From: Chlamydiales bacterium
GTDB taxonomy: Bacteria; Chlamydiota; Chlamydiia; Chlamydiales; JAJFMA01
NCBI GenBank assembly: GCA_030679955.1
Contig: JAUXSF010000033.1
Coordinates: 80,789-144,788, forward strand
Reading direction: 5' to 3'
Length of the DNA: 64,000 bases
Shown here piece by piece: positions 7,597-16,851 of this stretch; within the stretch, counting starts at the first letter, position 1; every line of letters begins with the position of its first letter. A model generated the notes under the pieces. It did not search any database. It was not told where the DNA came from and worked only from the letters and a program-made list of their open reading frames with translations. Made by a program: the position numbers and the translations under genes.

Positions 7597-9516
7597 TTAG
7601 ATAACCTTACGAAGTTTTTTTACTGCGGCTGCCATGAGTCCTTCACCTAGGTAGCGGGAGTCGTCATGTCGACGCATCTTCATTAGCGCGAAGTTATAGC
7701 GGCGCCATTGCTTACCCTCAGGTGGGTCATTAACTAGCGCAGCTGCCCAATCAGCAGGTCCCCACTCAGGGGGCATAGATTTGTAGTGCTTTTTCAAAAT
7801 CTTGAACATGATTGCACTGGTAGTTGAGTTGGCCATGCCCGACCCTTCTATAGCATCCCAGTTATTCACCTCGGCTTCAAGTCGTGACTTCAGCTCCTCG
7901 TTAAACTGCTTTGTGCTGACACGATTTTTCCCTTGAACGGTCTTAATTAGCAGTTTGGTTGCCATTGAGACTGGTAGTTGCACAGCGAGACTCGTGAGGC
8001 CCACAATAGCGCCGGCTGAGATTAACGGGATGCCGGAGCCCCCTGCTGCGGTTGTAATTAAGCCGCTGGTTGTTAGTATAGTTGAAACAATAGTAAGTCC
8101 CTCAGCACCTACTCGCAGAGACTCCAAAGTTGTCTTGATCACTGTTTTTTGCTGAATGTAGGGGAGTAACGTACTATCAAGGGCTTGTGAATTTTGAAAT
8201 AGGATGTCGTTAGCTACAACACGGTCTCGCACCAAATCTAAGGAGAAATGTTGATTCGAAACGGCTTCTATAACCGCCTCACGATGGCCTTTAATTTCGA
8301 GTTCCAAATTTGCGCGATCTGCTTTTTTTTGCGCGACAATCGATTTGTCTTTTATGCCATTACGCAAGTCTCGGTTAATGACATTGATTGCGCTGCGTTT
8401 TGCGACAATTTGCTCGTTCGCGTGCTGAATAGATTCCCTTAATGCCGGATAGGCATCGAGTTGCCGCATATTATGCACATCCGCAAAGCACTCTGTGTCC
8501 TTCTTTAGGGTCACCAGCTCTTTATTTCTTAGGCCAATCGATATCTTTAAATTTTGTACGCAGGTTCTTATGTTCTTATAGCATGAGCTAAGGCCCCTCG
8601 CGGAAAGAAATAGGCCTATTGGAATTGTCACTACGCTGGTAGCTAAGCCAACCATTCCCATTACCTGTGATGTTCCCTGTAGCACTAATGGGATAACTGT
8701 ACTTAGAGCCTGAATGAACCTGCTGTATGAATAGATGCACTTTAGGCCATTTGATAGAGTTTGTTGAATGCCTATGGAAATCGGATCCCGCCCTAGTTCT
8801 TCTTTTAAGATCGTTAATCCATCGTTCAGAGTCTTATGTTCGACTAGCAGAGTTATCCTTTCTGCGGGGTTTCTAATGGCGCCTGACCGTAGGATGTCAT
8901 CGATCTCTACTAAGCGATTTTCAGCTAGATTGACTAGTTCTTTCATCTGCTTTTCTTCGCCGATGTGCTTGGATGTGTCACGGCTCCAAAAATACATCCA
9001 TCCGGTATCTAAACCCATCTGTAGAAACATTAGAGGGTTAGGGTAAGGACCCAATTGCACAGATGCGCCACGCCCTTCAACTCCGTACTTGAAAAACTCT
9101 TCGAGCGATTTTCCGGCTATTTCTTTTCCCTTGGCAGTAACCCTACCTACTCGCCCCGGAGCTATTTGTTGATGGAGTGTATCGATCTCATTCTTTTTGG
9201 CGCGAATATCGCGTTCGAGGCTCTGTAGTTGTATAAAAGAGGCCATGCGATCCCCTATGGGTCGAACGCTCGCCCCACTGCCATGCACTACTCTCGATGT
9301 CTTTTTACTTTTAACTGGTTTATTATGAACAACTTGACGCAGTACTTTGACCTGCGTCTTCATGCTCTCTAAGTCAGATTGAAGGCCTTCAATCTGACTT
9401 TTAATCACCTGGCGATCTGCTCGTTTCTGCTCTTTAGCTACTGGGTCTTTGGGAGGTCTAAACTGCTCCCACCTGTTTCTTATCCCGCCAAAGTAGCCTG
9501 CATCTCCAACACTCAT
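7597..9516 (-). CDS. hypothetical coiled-coil protein with two bilobed hydrophobic domains (Inc-like / T3SS substrate candidate)
   Basis: 639 aa with no signal peptide. Hydrophobic stretches LSTVIPLVLQGTSQVMGMVGLATSVVTIPIGLFLSA and GLTIVSTILTTSGLITTAAGGSGIPLISAGAIVGLTSLAV. Heptad-rich segments elsewhere. Confidence 0.45.
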   Translation of the reverse strand: MSVGDAGYFGGIRNRWEQFRPPKDPVAKEQKRADRQVIKSQIEGLQSDLESMKTQVKVLRQVVHNKPVKSKKTSRVVHGSGASVRPIGDRMASFIQLQSLERDIRAKKNEIDTLHQQIAPGRVGRVTAKGKEIAGKSLEEFFKYGVEGRGASVQLGPYPNPLMFLQMGLDTGWMYFWSRDTSKHIGEEKQMKELVNLAENRLVEIDDILRSGAIRNPAERITLLVEHKTLNDGLTILKEELGRDPISIGIQQTLSNGLKCIYSYSRFIQALSTVIPLVLQGTSQVMGMVGLATSVVTIPIGLFLSARGLSSCYKNIRTCVQNLKISIGLRNKELVTLKKDTECFADVHNMRQLDAYPALRESIQHANEQIVAKRSAINVINRDLRNGIKDKSIVAQKKADRANLELEIKGHREAVIEAVSNQHFSLDLVRDRVVANDILFQNSQALDSTLLPYIQQKTVIKTTLESLRVGAEGLTIVSTILTTSGLITTAAGGSGIPLISAGAIVGLTSLAVQLPVSMATKLLIKTVQGKNRVSTKQFNEELKSRLEAEVNNWDAIEGSGMANSTTSAIMFKILKKHYKSMPPEWGPADWAAALVNDPPEGKQWRRYNFALMKMRRHDDSRYLGEGLMAAAVKKLRKVI

Positions 9517-9574
9517 AGATAGCCTTTTCTAAAAACGATCTATGATTATTATAACAATTAGTTAAATTATTTCC

Positions 9575-10639
9575 TTAACTTGTTTTTAAAGTAGAGTTGT
9601 CTATGACAAAGCGGTATTTAACATCACTTTTAAGCATGCGTTCATAAGCTTCGTTAATTTTCTGGATAGGAATAAGTTCAATCTCAGACAGAATGTGGTG
9701 TTGAGCGCAGAAATCCAGCATTTCTTGTGTTTCTTTTATGCCGCCGATTAGAGATCCTCCAAGCTTTCTACGCTTAAAAATTAGGTTGGTGACGTTTGGG
9801 CTAGGGTGAGGGTGGTCGGGAGCTCCAACGAGGCACAGCGTGCCATCTAGCTTAAGAAGCTCAAGGTAAGTATCGAGGTTATGCTGAGCTGATACCGTAT
9901 CAATAATAAAGTCTAGGCTATTGGCGAATTTTTTTACATCTTGTTGATTTTTAGAGACAATCGCTTCATCAGCGCCTAGTTTTTTGGCATCTTGCAGCTT
10001 GCTTTCCGACGTGGTGAAAACGACGACATGCGCGCCCATGGCGTGAGCAAGTTTAATGGCCATATGTCCTAAACCGCCAATACCTACAACGCCGACTCTG
10101 CTGCCCTTGCCCACTTTCCAATGGCGCAGTGGTGAATAGGTTGTGATGCCAGCGCAGAGGAGGGGAGCGACACCAGGCAGATCTGCTTCGCTAAATTCTT
10201 TCGGGACCCTTAGGACATATTTGTCATCAACTACAATTTGCGAGGAATATCCACCATAGGTGATCGTGCCGTCGATCTTGTCCTTACTATTGTAAGTGAA
10301 AGTCATTTCATTCTCGCAATATTGCTCGAGATGTTCCTTACAGCTTGAACATTCGCGGCAAGAGTCGACCAAACATCCCACAGCCGCAAAATCGCCCACC
10401 TTAAAATCCTTAACTTCTTTGCCGACTTCTGTAACACGACCGACAATTTCATGACCTGGAACGACAGGGTAAATAGTACCCTTCCACTCGTTCTTCACTT
10501 GGTGAAGGTCAGAATGGCATACGCCACAGTAGAGAATTTCAATCTTAACATCGTGAGGTCGCAGATCTCTGCGATCGAATGAAAAAGGAGCCAAGGGAGC
10601 TTTTTCACTCGTTGCTGCATAAGCTAGTGTTTTTGCCAT
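9575..10639 (-). CDS. zinc-dependent NAD(P)-alcohol dehydrogenase (YahK/cinnamyl-ADH-like)
   Basis: 354 aa. GVCHSDLH catalytic zinc motif, the structural zinc cluster CRECSSCKEHLEQYC, and Rossmann motif GVVGIGGLGH. Confidence 0.9.
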   Translation of the reverse strand: MAKTLAYAATSEKAPLAPFSFDRRDLRPHDVKIEILYCGVCHSDLHQVKNEWKGTIYPVVPGHEIVGRVTEVGKEVKDFKVGDFAAVGCLVDSCRECSSCKEHLEQYCENEMTFTYNSKDKIDGTITYGGYSSQIVVDDKYVLRVPKEFSEADLPGVAPLLCAGITTYSPLRHWKVGKGSRVGVVGIGGLGHMAIKLAHAMGAHVVVFTTSESKLQDAKKLGADEAIVSKNQQDVKKFANSLDFIIDTVSAQHNLDTYLELLKLDGTLCLVGAPDHPHPSPNVTNLIFKRRKLGGSLIGGIKETQEMLDFCAQHHILSEIELIPIQKINEAYERMLKSDVKYRFVIDNSTLKTS

Positions 10640-10720
10640 GACTTTGCCCTCGGTTAAGGTTTTAACGTCATTTTAACCTATCAAGGGTTTCTTTTGATTT
10701 AATTCACAATGAATTGGTTA

Positions 10721-13027
10721 TTAGCCGCCTAAAGCAAGCTCTGAAGGTCTAATAGACAAGCCGAACCATTGATTTTCTCTAGCGTGAGCGAGGATATCAA
10801 TCTCTGCCTCATCCCTAGCTCCCTTAGCATAGCCAGCTAGAATCGCCTTGCGCTGCTCGATGACCAGAGGGAATATGAACCTATTATGCATTTCTTTTCG
10901 GAAATCAGCGATGGTCTGGCTTGGATTTTTGACGCTGCTAAGTTTGAAGTTGGGGTCTGCGCAAAGGTTATAGGCAGTAAAACATGTCCATGTTCCACAT
11001 TGATAGCCGTCGCGCTGAACACTGCTTGATTTGTCACTAGCCCTAAAGAATTTGCCGAATCTCTTTGATAGGGTATTGGCATGTTCCTTGACTACCCTTG
11101 GGACGGCTTTTGCACCCATGCTGTCATAATGTTCGATGGTTCCCTTTTCTACATCGACGATGGCGACTGACCAGTGGCTTCTTCCATGATTAATAGGTAT
11201 GGGAAACCTTGCCAATGTCTTATGACCATTGACGGTGATTGTGCGGGCATTTTCATGGGTCTCGGTTAGGAATGCTAACATCAGATTTACACAGTCGTCG
11301 TTCAACCATTTCTGCCAGTTTTCATCCATAGCGCCGTTGGTAACTAGCGCGGCCTCGACATCACGCCGACCCTCTGCGGTTAATCCGGGGGAATTCCTTA
11401 AACGGCCTGTAACTGGGTCAAGTAATGTTGACCAATGGTGAGTGTTCAGAAAATCTAAATCTGCCTTAACGTCATTAACACGTTGTTCTACCTCAAAAGC
11501 CATAGCTTGCTCAAAGAAAGGGGGCTCTTCAGAGACCACGCGTTCATTGGTGAGGCGTGCGATTACCCACGACTCAATGTTAGCCAAATAGCTATCAATT
11601 GCCTCCAGTCGTGCACTTCTAACCCATTGGGCGCTATTCATTACATTACGTTCAACGGCGCTGCGCCATTCTTGCAGGGTGTCTTGCAGGCCTATCACAT
11701 CATCGATGGACTGTTCTGCGCTGGTCACCCAGTTTTCAATCTGATCAGAAAGGAGTCGCATAGCATCTTCGCCATAGGGTTTGATGTACTGTCTTTCGGA
11801 AACGACCGGCGCTCTCGCCGGTCTGGAAGATTGCAAGGCTCGACGCCACTCCTGGATATGTGAAGCCGATCTAGCAGAAAAATAAATGATGTTAGGGCGA
11901 TCTACATAGTCCAAGAAGCGTGTCATTGCTAGCTTATTGCCCGCGATAGCGGCCTCTTCATAGGCGGAAATGATTTCGCCGGCATTAATGCGAGCGCTTT
12001 GTGCCTGTAAGAGTTCGGCCTTTTCTATTAGCAAATCTGCGGTAGCTAAATCGGGGTCTTTTCTTAATAACTCTAGAGCCGCTTTAGGATCGGCCTTACA
12101 GCCTCTTCCGTATCGCAGGAAACGTACCACATTCAATTTAGCCTCTTGGTTACCCAATTCTGTGGCTTTCAAGAAGAATTGTAGGCTCTGAGCAAGATTA
12201 TGCCCCTTGGAGAATCGCTGGCCCGCTTCATACAGAGACTGGCTTGCATCGGGCAACAATTGCAGGGCGTAAGGGCTATCTAAGCTAGCTTTTAACAGCC
12301 AATCGTTTGGTTCCGAGGGGTGGTGCTTGGCAAAGCCTTCTGATAGGGCGATCATAGCGCCCAGATTCCCTTGGTTAGCTAATTTTGTAAGCGTGGGAAT
12401 ATCATTTGTTTTGCGAGCTTGGTAGTACGCGGCGATGGGATAACCGAGGTCGCTGAAACGTCTCCAAAATTGATCTAACGCGAGATCTTTGCCGAATATA
12501 CTCTTTGCGTGATCGTCTAATGTTTTAAGAGTTTCGGGATCGCCCAGGTCCAAGTCTCTGGAAGCGGTGAGCAACGCGTAGGCGGAATCAACAAAAGCTT
12601 GTTTATCGTAGAGTTCCTTGGGGTTGCCGACCGACGAGAAGAATTTGAACAGTTCATCGTAGACAGCATGTGTTAGATCTGCCGCAGATCCGTTCACATC
12701 ACCATGCCCCCATAGAGCCCTTCCTATAGAGGTTGTTTTGTTATAGTAAGAGGTTGAGAGGCCTTGGACGCGGTCCTTTAGCTCAATTCTGCTTTTAATA
12801 TCGTTGTAGCGGACCTTCAGCCTTTTATCCTGCTCAACCAGCTTGGTAATGATTTTAAAACTGTCACTAAGTTTGTTGGATCCTATCAGGCGGTCCCAGC
12901 AGCGACCCCATAGGCCGCGTTTTGCAATAACGACATTTGAGGAATAGTTTGTGCGTTGAATAACGAACTGATGTCCATTATTTAGTTTCTGTAGTGAATT
13001 TACTATTTTTTGTAGTCTATTAATCAT
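10721..13027 (-). CDS. Sel1/TPR-repeat protein with C-terminal Ulp1-like (peptidase C48, CE clan) protease domain; candidate deubiquitinase/deSUMOylase effector
   Basis: 768 aa. Catalytic signature in canonical order and spacing: HWSVAIVD (His), EHYDSMG (Asp), QRDGYQCGTW (Gln..Cys). Sel1-like repeats occur in residues about 200-330 (LANQGNLGAMIALSEGF..., ELGNQEAKLNVVRFLRYGRGCKADPKAALELL). Confidence 0.8.
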   Translation of the reverse strand: MINRLQKIVNSLQKLNNGHQFVIQRTNYSSNVVIAKRGLWGRCWDRLIGSNKLSDSFKIITKLVEQDKRLKVRYNDIKSRIELKDRVQGLSTSYYNKTTSIGRALWGHGDVNGSAADLTHAVYDELFKFFSSVGNPKELYDKQAFVDSAYALLTASRDLDLGDPETLKTLDDHAKSIFGKDLALDQFWRRFSDLGYPIAAYYQARKTNDIPTLTKLANQGNLGAMIALSEGFAKHHPSEPNDWLLKASLDSPYALQLLPDASQSLYEAGQRFSKGHNLAQSLQFFLKATELGNQEAKLNVVRFLRYGRGCKADPKAALELLRKDPDLATADLLIEKAELLQAQSARINAGEIISAYEEAAIAGNKLAMTRFLDYVDRPNIIYFSARSASHIQEWRRALQSSRPARAPVVSERQYIKPYGEDAMRLLSDQIENWVTSAEQSIDDVIGLQDTLQEWRSAVERNVMNSAQWVRSARLEAIDSYLANIESWVIARLTNERVVSEEPPFFEQAMAFEVEQRVNDVKADLDFLNTHHWSTLLDPVTGRLRNSPGLTAEGRRDVEAALVTNGAMDENWQKWLNDDCVNLMLAFLTETHENARTITVNGHKTLARFPIPINHGRSHWSVAIVDVEKGTIEHYDSMGAKAVPRVVKEHANTLSKRFGKFFRASDKSSSVQRDGYQCGTWTCFTAYNLCADPNFKLSSVKNPSQTIADFRKEMHNRFIFPLVIEQRKAILAGYAKGARDEAEIDILAHARENQWFGLSIRPSELALGG

Positions 13028-13178
13028 AGATCACAATTTTAACATACTATACTAGTAATGTCAATTTCAAAAATAGACACGGTCATCAGCTTAAGAAAGT
13101 TTTGTTCTCAGCGCTGAGATCAAGACTCTCAGGATATGTATGACAAATCGTATGGGCATTGGAACATAATTATGGTGT

Positions 13179-13200
13179 GTCCATAAGGTCCATAAGGTCC
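13179..13200. repeat. GTCCATAAG tandem word repeat
   Basis: gtccataaggtccataaggtcc lies immediately upstream of the tRNA pair. Confidence 0.8.
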
Positions 13201-13250
13201 TGAACCGACTACGGACTGTGAGTGTTGTGTGGGCTTTGGGTGGGAAGGAT

Positions 13251-13324
13251 TGGGTCTTGATGGACTCGAACCATCGACTCCCTCATTAAAAGTGAGGTGC
13301 TCTAACCAACTGAGCTAAAGACCC
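13251..13324 (-). tRNA. tRNA-Lys (anticodon UUU)
   Basis: The reverse complement folds as a cloverleaf: GGGTCTT / GCTC-AGTTGGTTA-GAGC / CCTCA-CTTTTAA-TGAGG / GATGG-TTCGAGT-CCATC / AAGACCC-A. No CCA is encoded. Confidence 0.93.
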
Positions 13325-13343
13325 TTTAGGAAAAGGTATGTAT

Positions 13344-13418
13344 TGACCCCAAGGGGATTCGAACCCCTGTTATCGGAATGAAAATCCGGTGTCCTAGGCC
13401 AGACTAGACGATGGGGCC
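13344..13418 (-). tRNA. tRNA-Glu (anticodon UUC)
   Basis: The reverse complement GGCCCCATCGTCTAG...ACACCGGATTTTCATTCCGATAACAGGGGTTCGAATCCCCTTGGGGTCA closely resembles bacterial tRNA-Glu. The anticodon loop is TT-TTC-AT. Confidence 0.9.
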
Positions 13419-13474
13419 ATAAAAGGCACGTTTTGGACCCATGATGGTACATTTTGTGCCAATTTATCGCAACG

Positions 13475-14023
13475 TTAAATATGCAAGATCTCTCTTTCTT
13501 TTACTTGGACCACTTCATCCGCCTTGTGGCAGTACTTATCTGTAGCATCCTGCACGGATTTCTCATAGCGCTTAAGGTCGTCCTCAGACATGTCTCCGTT
13601 GGTTTTTTGCTTACGGAACTCTTCTATGAAGTCGCGGCGAACATGGCGAACGCTTACTTTACATTCTTCACAACGCTTGTAGGCTAGTTTAACCATTTCT
13701 TTACGAGTGTCAGCATCCATTTGAGGAATGTTGATACGTACAACTTTACCGTCTACAACTGGCTGATAGCCCATATTTGCTTTTTCGATGCCTTTAGCAA
13801 TCGCGTGTGCGTTGTTAGCATCGAATGGAGTGATCAAAATTTGTCGTGGTTCGGGCGTTGTGACAGATGCAACATCGCGCAGACGCATCTGTGTACCGTA
13901 AACTTCCAGCGTCACGTTATCCAACATTCCAGGGTTGGCACGTCCGGTACGAATATTTTTCAATTCTTGCTTAAGGTGTTCGATGGCTGCGGCCATCTTC
14001 TCTTCAACTTGTTTGAGAGGCAT
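13475..14023 (-). CDS. frr: ribosome recycling factor
   Basis: 182 aa. Contains RTGRANPGMLD and the typical C-terminal helical region. Sits in the conserved frr-pyrH-tsf-rpsB order. Confidence 0.97.
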   Translation of the reverse strand: MPLKQVEEKMAAAIEHLKQELKNIRTGRANPGMLDNVTLEVYGTQMRLRDVASVTTPEPRQILITPFDANNAHAIAKGIEKANMGYQPVVDGKVVRINIPQMDADTRKEMVKLAYKRCEECKVSVRHVRRDFIEEFRKQKTNGDMSEDDLKRYEKSVQDATDKYCHKADEVVQVKEREILHI

Positions 14024-14026
14024 ATT

Positions 14027-14776
14027 TTACCCTGGGGTTACCAATGTTCCGATGTTCTGTTGCGATAACAATGTAAGAATTTGCGTATCGTTAAGTCGCG
14101 ACATATTGAAGACAAGTACTGGAATGTTATTGCTTCGGCATAGCGCGATGGACGTAGCATCCATCACTTCAAGTTTTTCTGCAAGAATCTGGCCATATGT
14201 AATGGTTTCATATTTGACCGCATCAGGCGATTTCATAGGATCTTTGTTGTAGATGCCGTCTACTTTGGTTGCTTTAAGCAGGACATCTGCTTTAATTTCA
14301 GCAGCACGAAGGGCTGCACAGGTATCTGTCGTAAAGTATGGATTTCCGGTGCCACCTACAAAAATGACTGGGAAGCCCGCTGAGAGGTATTCTTGCGCTT
14401 TAGCCCAAGTATAGGATTCGACAACTTTAGGGCAATCGAGGGCGCTTAGGATTTTTGCAGGGCAACCGATCGCTTCTAACGACTGTTGTAGGGAGATGCC
14501 ATTGATCATGGTAGCGAGCATGCCCATATGGTCCGCAGGCGTGCGCGCCATGCCTAGAGATTCAAGCTTAAGACCGCGGAAGATGTTACCGCCGCCGATG
14601 ACCAGGCCTACCTGTACGCCCTGGGAATGAAGAGCTTTTATAGCTTTTGCAGTATTTAAACAGGCCTCAGGAGAGATACCGAATTTATCGGGTCCTGCTA
14701 AAAGTTCACCGGAGAGTTTGAGTAAGACACGTTTATATGGAATATGCCGACCCTCCCTTAAGACGTTTTCTATCAC
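14027..14776 (-). CDS. pyrH: UMP kinase
   Basis: 249 aa. Contains KRVLLKLSGE, GLVIGGGNIFRG and GGTGNPYFTTD motifs. Confidence 0.97.
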   Translation of the reverse strand: MIENVLREGRHIPYKRVLLKLSGELLAGPDKFGISPEACLNTAKAIKALHSQGVQVGLVIGGGNIFRGLKLESLGMARTPADHMGMLATMINGISLQQSLEAIGCPAKILSALDCPKVVESYTWAKAQEYLSAGFPVIFVGGTGNPYFTTDTCAALRAAEIKADVLLKATKVDGIYNKDPMKSPDAVKYETITYGQILAEKLEVMDATSIALCRSNNIPVLVFNMSRLNDTQILTLLSQQNIGTLVTPG

Positions 14777-14789
14777 AGAGATTTTTCAG

Positions 14790-14897
14790 AAGGGACACAA
14801 GATACTTTAGAGACGAAAGGGACAATAGTGACAGTAACTTTTCTAAGTCCTATGTCTCTAAGGTCCCTTTGTCTTTAAGGTCTCTTTGTCCCTTTCG
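14790..14897. repeat. GTCYCTTT/TAAGGTC word-repeat cluster with inverted ends, between tsf and pyrH
   Basis: agagacgaaagggacaat (about 14809-14826) is the inverse of ctctttgtccctttcg (about 14881-14896). Between them lies gtctctaaggtccctttgtctttaaggtctctttgtcc. Confidence 0.7.
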
Positions 14898-14898
14898 C

Positions 14899-15747
14899 TT
14901 ATTGTCCGACTACCCAACGGATAAATCCAACCAGCTTGAGTGGCTTGCCAGCTTCTTTAGCACGTTGCTGCACAAGTTCTTCGATGGTGATTTTATCGTC
15001 TTTAATGTAGTGCTGATTTAGCAAACAAGCTTGATCGTAGAAGGCCTTAAGTTTACCGTCAACGATCTTCTCGACGATATTGTCCGGCTTTCCAACGACT
15101 TGACCTTTGGCTATCTCACGCTCATTTTCGATGACGTCAGCGGGTATTTTGTCAGCAGATAGAAACTCCGGGGCTGCTGCTGCGATGTGCATGCCAATCT
15201 CTTTGGCAAATGCTTCTTCGCCGGCGGCGCCTTCGATCTCTACAACGCAAACGATTTTACCGTTCATATGGGAGTAAACACCCACGGAGCGGTTGCTACC
15301 TTTGTCGATGATTTTCAAACGGCGGATTTGAATGTTCTCGCCGATTGTCTGAACCATGGTCGCGCGGTATTCGTCGATTGTCAGATCGCTGTCCTTGGAG
15401 TATTTCTGCGCCAAGAAGTCTTCTAGCGATGCTGGGTTCGTCTTAGCTACTTCTTCAGCCATATCTTTTACGAACTGCTGGAAAAGTGCATTTTGTACGA
15501 CGAAGTCAGTTTCGCTGTTGATTTCAGTAACAGCTGTACGCTCAGCGGTCTCGGAATTGCTAATCATTCCTTCGTTTGTCTGACGTCCTTGCTTTTTCAC
15601 AGCAGAGGCCATGCCGGACTTACGGAGTATAGAGATCGCATCGTCGATATTGCCATTAGCTTCAACTAGGGCTTGCTTGCACTTGCCCATACCAACGCCG
15701 GTACGTTCACGAACTTCTTGAATCATTGCAGTTGTAACATCAGCCAT
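14899..15747 (-). CDS. tsf: elongation factor Ts
   Basis: 282 aa. The N-terminal UBA-like motif is RERTGVGMGKCKQALVEANGNIDDAISILRKSG. Confidence 0.97.
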   Translation of the reverse strand: MADVTTAMIQEVRERTGVGMGKCKQALVEANGNIDDAISILRKSGMASAVKKQGRQTNEGMISNSETAERTAVTEINSETDFVVQNALFQQFVKDMAEEVAKTNPASLEDFLAQKYSKDSDLTIDEYRATMVQTIGENIQIRRLKIIDKGSNRSVGVYSHMNGKIVCVVEIEGAAGEEAFAKEIGMHIAAAAPEFLSADKIPADVIENEREIAKGQVVGKPDNIVEKIVDGKLKAFYDQACLLNQHYIKDDKITIEELVQQRAKEAGKPLKLVGFIRWVVGQ

Positions 15748-15749
15748 AA

Positions 15750-16574
15750 CTATGCTTTCTCCTTGTCAGAGCCTTCATAGGCTTCTTCAGATTCCTGCAT
15801 TTTTGCGGCTAGTTCAACATCAGACGATTCTTCGCCTTCGTTAACGTCATCCTTATCACCCATCACACGTAGTTCACGCTTTCTGTCTAGAATTGCGTTT
15901 GCTAGGGCGGAGAGGATCAATTTAATGCTCTTTAGAGCGTCGTCGTTACAAGCAATAACGTGTGTGATTGGATCTGGGTCGCAGTTGGTATCAACCAAGC
16001 CTAGCACTGGAATGCCTAGTTTGTTAGCTTCAGCGACAGCGATGTGTTCTTTACCTGGGTCGACAACGACCAATAGGCCTGGCAGCTTGCGCATACCGCG
16101 AACGCCGGATAGGTTCTTATCTAGTTTAATTTGATCTTTCGTCAGCAACGAAATTTCTTTTTTAGTCAGGATTTCTTCAGCGGTAGCAATACGCTTTTCG
16201 ATACGCTCAAGTTTCTTGATAGACTGACGGATGGTTTGCAAGTTGGTGAGCATGCCACCTAACCAGCGCTCGCATACGTAGTATTCATCGCAATGCTCAG
16301 CACATTCGCGAACGACGGCTTTAGCTTGCTTCTTGGTGCCTACGAAAAGAATTGATTGACGTTTGCCGACAATCTCTCTAACAACTTCGATGCCTTTACG
16401 CAGCTGTTGCAGCGTCTTAGCTAGGTCGATGATGTAGATACCGTTGCGAGCTTCGAAGATAAAACGCTTCATCTTCGGGTTCCAGCGGCGAGTTTGGTGC
16501 CCGTAGTGAGCGCCCGCTTCTAGAAGGTCCTTAATAGTAACTTCTTGAGATGGTTGTTGCTGTTGTTGCGCCAA
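15750..16574 (-). CDS. rpsB: 30S ribosomal protein S2
   Basis: 274 aa. Contains GAHYGHQTRRWNPKM and FVGTKKQA motifs and an acidic C-terminal tail. The apparent start codon is TTG. Confidence 0.97.
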   Translation of the reverse strand: MAQQQQQPSQEVTIKDLLEAGAHYGHQTRRWNPKMKRFIFEARNGIYIIDLAKTLQQLRKGIEVVREIVGKRQSILFVGTKKQAKAVVRECAEHCDEYYVCERWLGGMLTNLQTIRQSIKKLERIEKRIATAEEILTKKEISLLTKDQIKLDKNLSGVRGMRKLPGLLVVVDPGKEHIAVAEANKLGIPVLGLVDTNCDPDPITHVIACNDDALKSIKLILSALANAILDRKRELRVMGDKDDVNEGEESSDVELAAKMQESEEAYEGSDKEKA

Positions 16575-16656
16575 GCCTTGTCCCTTTATATTGTTGACAC
16601 TGGCATCCCACCTCTAAGGGCGAGATTCGGTCTTGGTTAATAGTGATGAAAGTGAT

Positions 16657-16727
16657 AGCGCCTGATCAGAATCGAACTGACACTCGTAGCTTGGAAGGCT
16701 ACTGTTCTACCATTGAACTACAGGCGC
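16657..16727 (-). tRNA. tRNA-Gly (anticodon UCC)
   Basis: Reverse complement: GCGCCTG-TA-GTTC-AATGGTA-GAAC-A-GTAGC-CTTCCAA-GCTAC-GAGT-GTCAG-TTCGATT-CTGAT-CAGGCGC-T. The U73 discriminator fits tRNA-Gly. Confidence 0.9.
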
Positions 16728-16785
16728 AGAGGTATAAATATACCGTTTGACTACTTTCCGGTCAACAACTAGGAATTCAAAGCCA

Positions 16786-16822
16786 AGACTCAGAGACGCA
16801 AAGGCGCAAAGAAGAACACTTT
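16786..16822. repeat. ACGCAAAGGCGC-family repeat (copy 2)
   Basis: ctcagagacgcaaaggcgcaaagaagaac, with the core acgcaaaggcgc at 16796-16807. Lies between tRNA-Gly and the pbp2 start. Confidence 0.65.
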
Positions 16823-16851
16823 TTTGTTCCTTTCGTTTATCTTATTTCGCG

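Noticed and set aside
10837-11082. 81-aa same-strand ORF inside the Ulp1-like gene
   Set aside because: It is out of frame with a gene whose frame is validated by the catalytic His/Asp/Gln/Cys motifs.
16747-16851. TTG-initiated 35-codon extension of pbp2
   Set aside because: It starts 20 nt after tRNA-Gly and reads through the ACGCAAAGGCGC repeat. The first ATG (16852) is followed directly by the membrane anchor.
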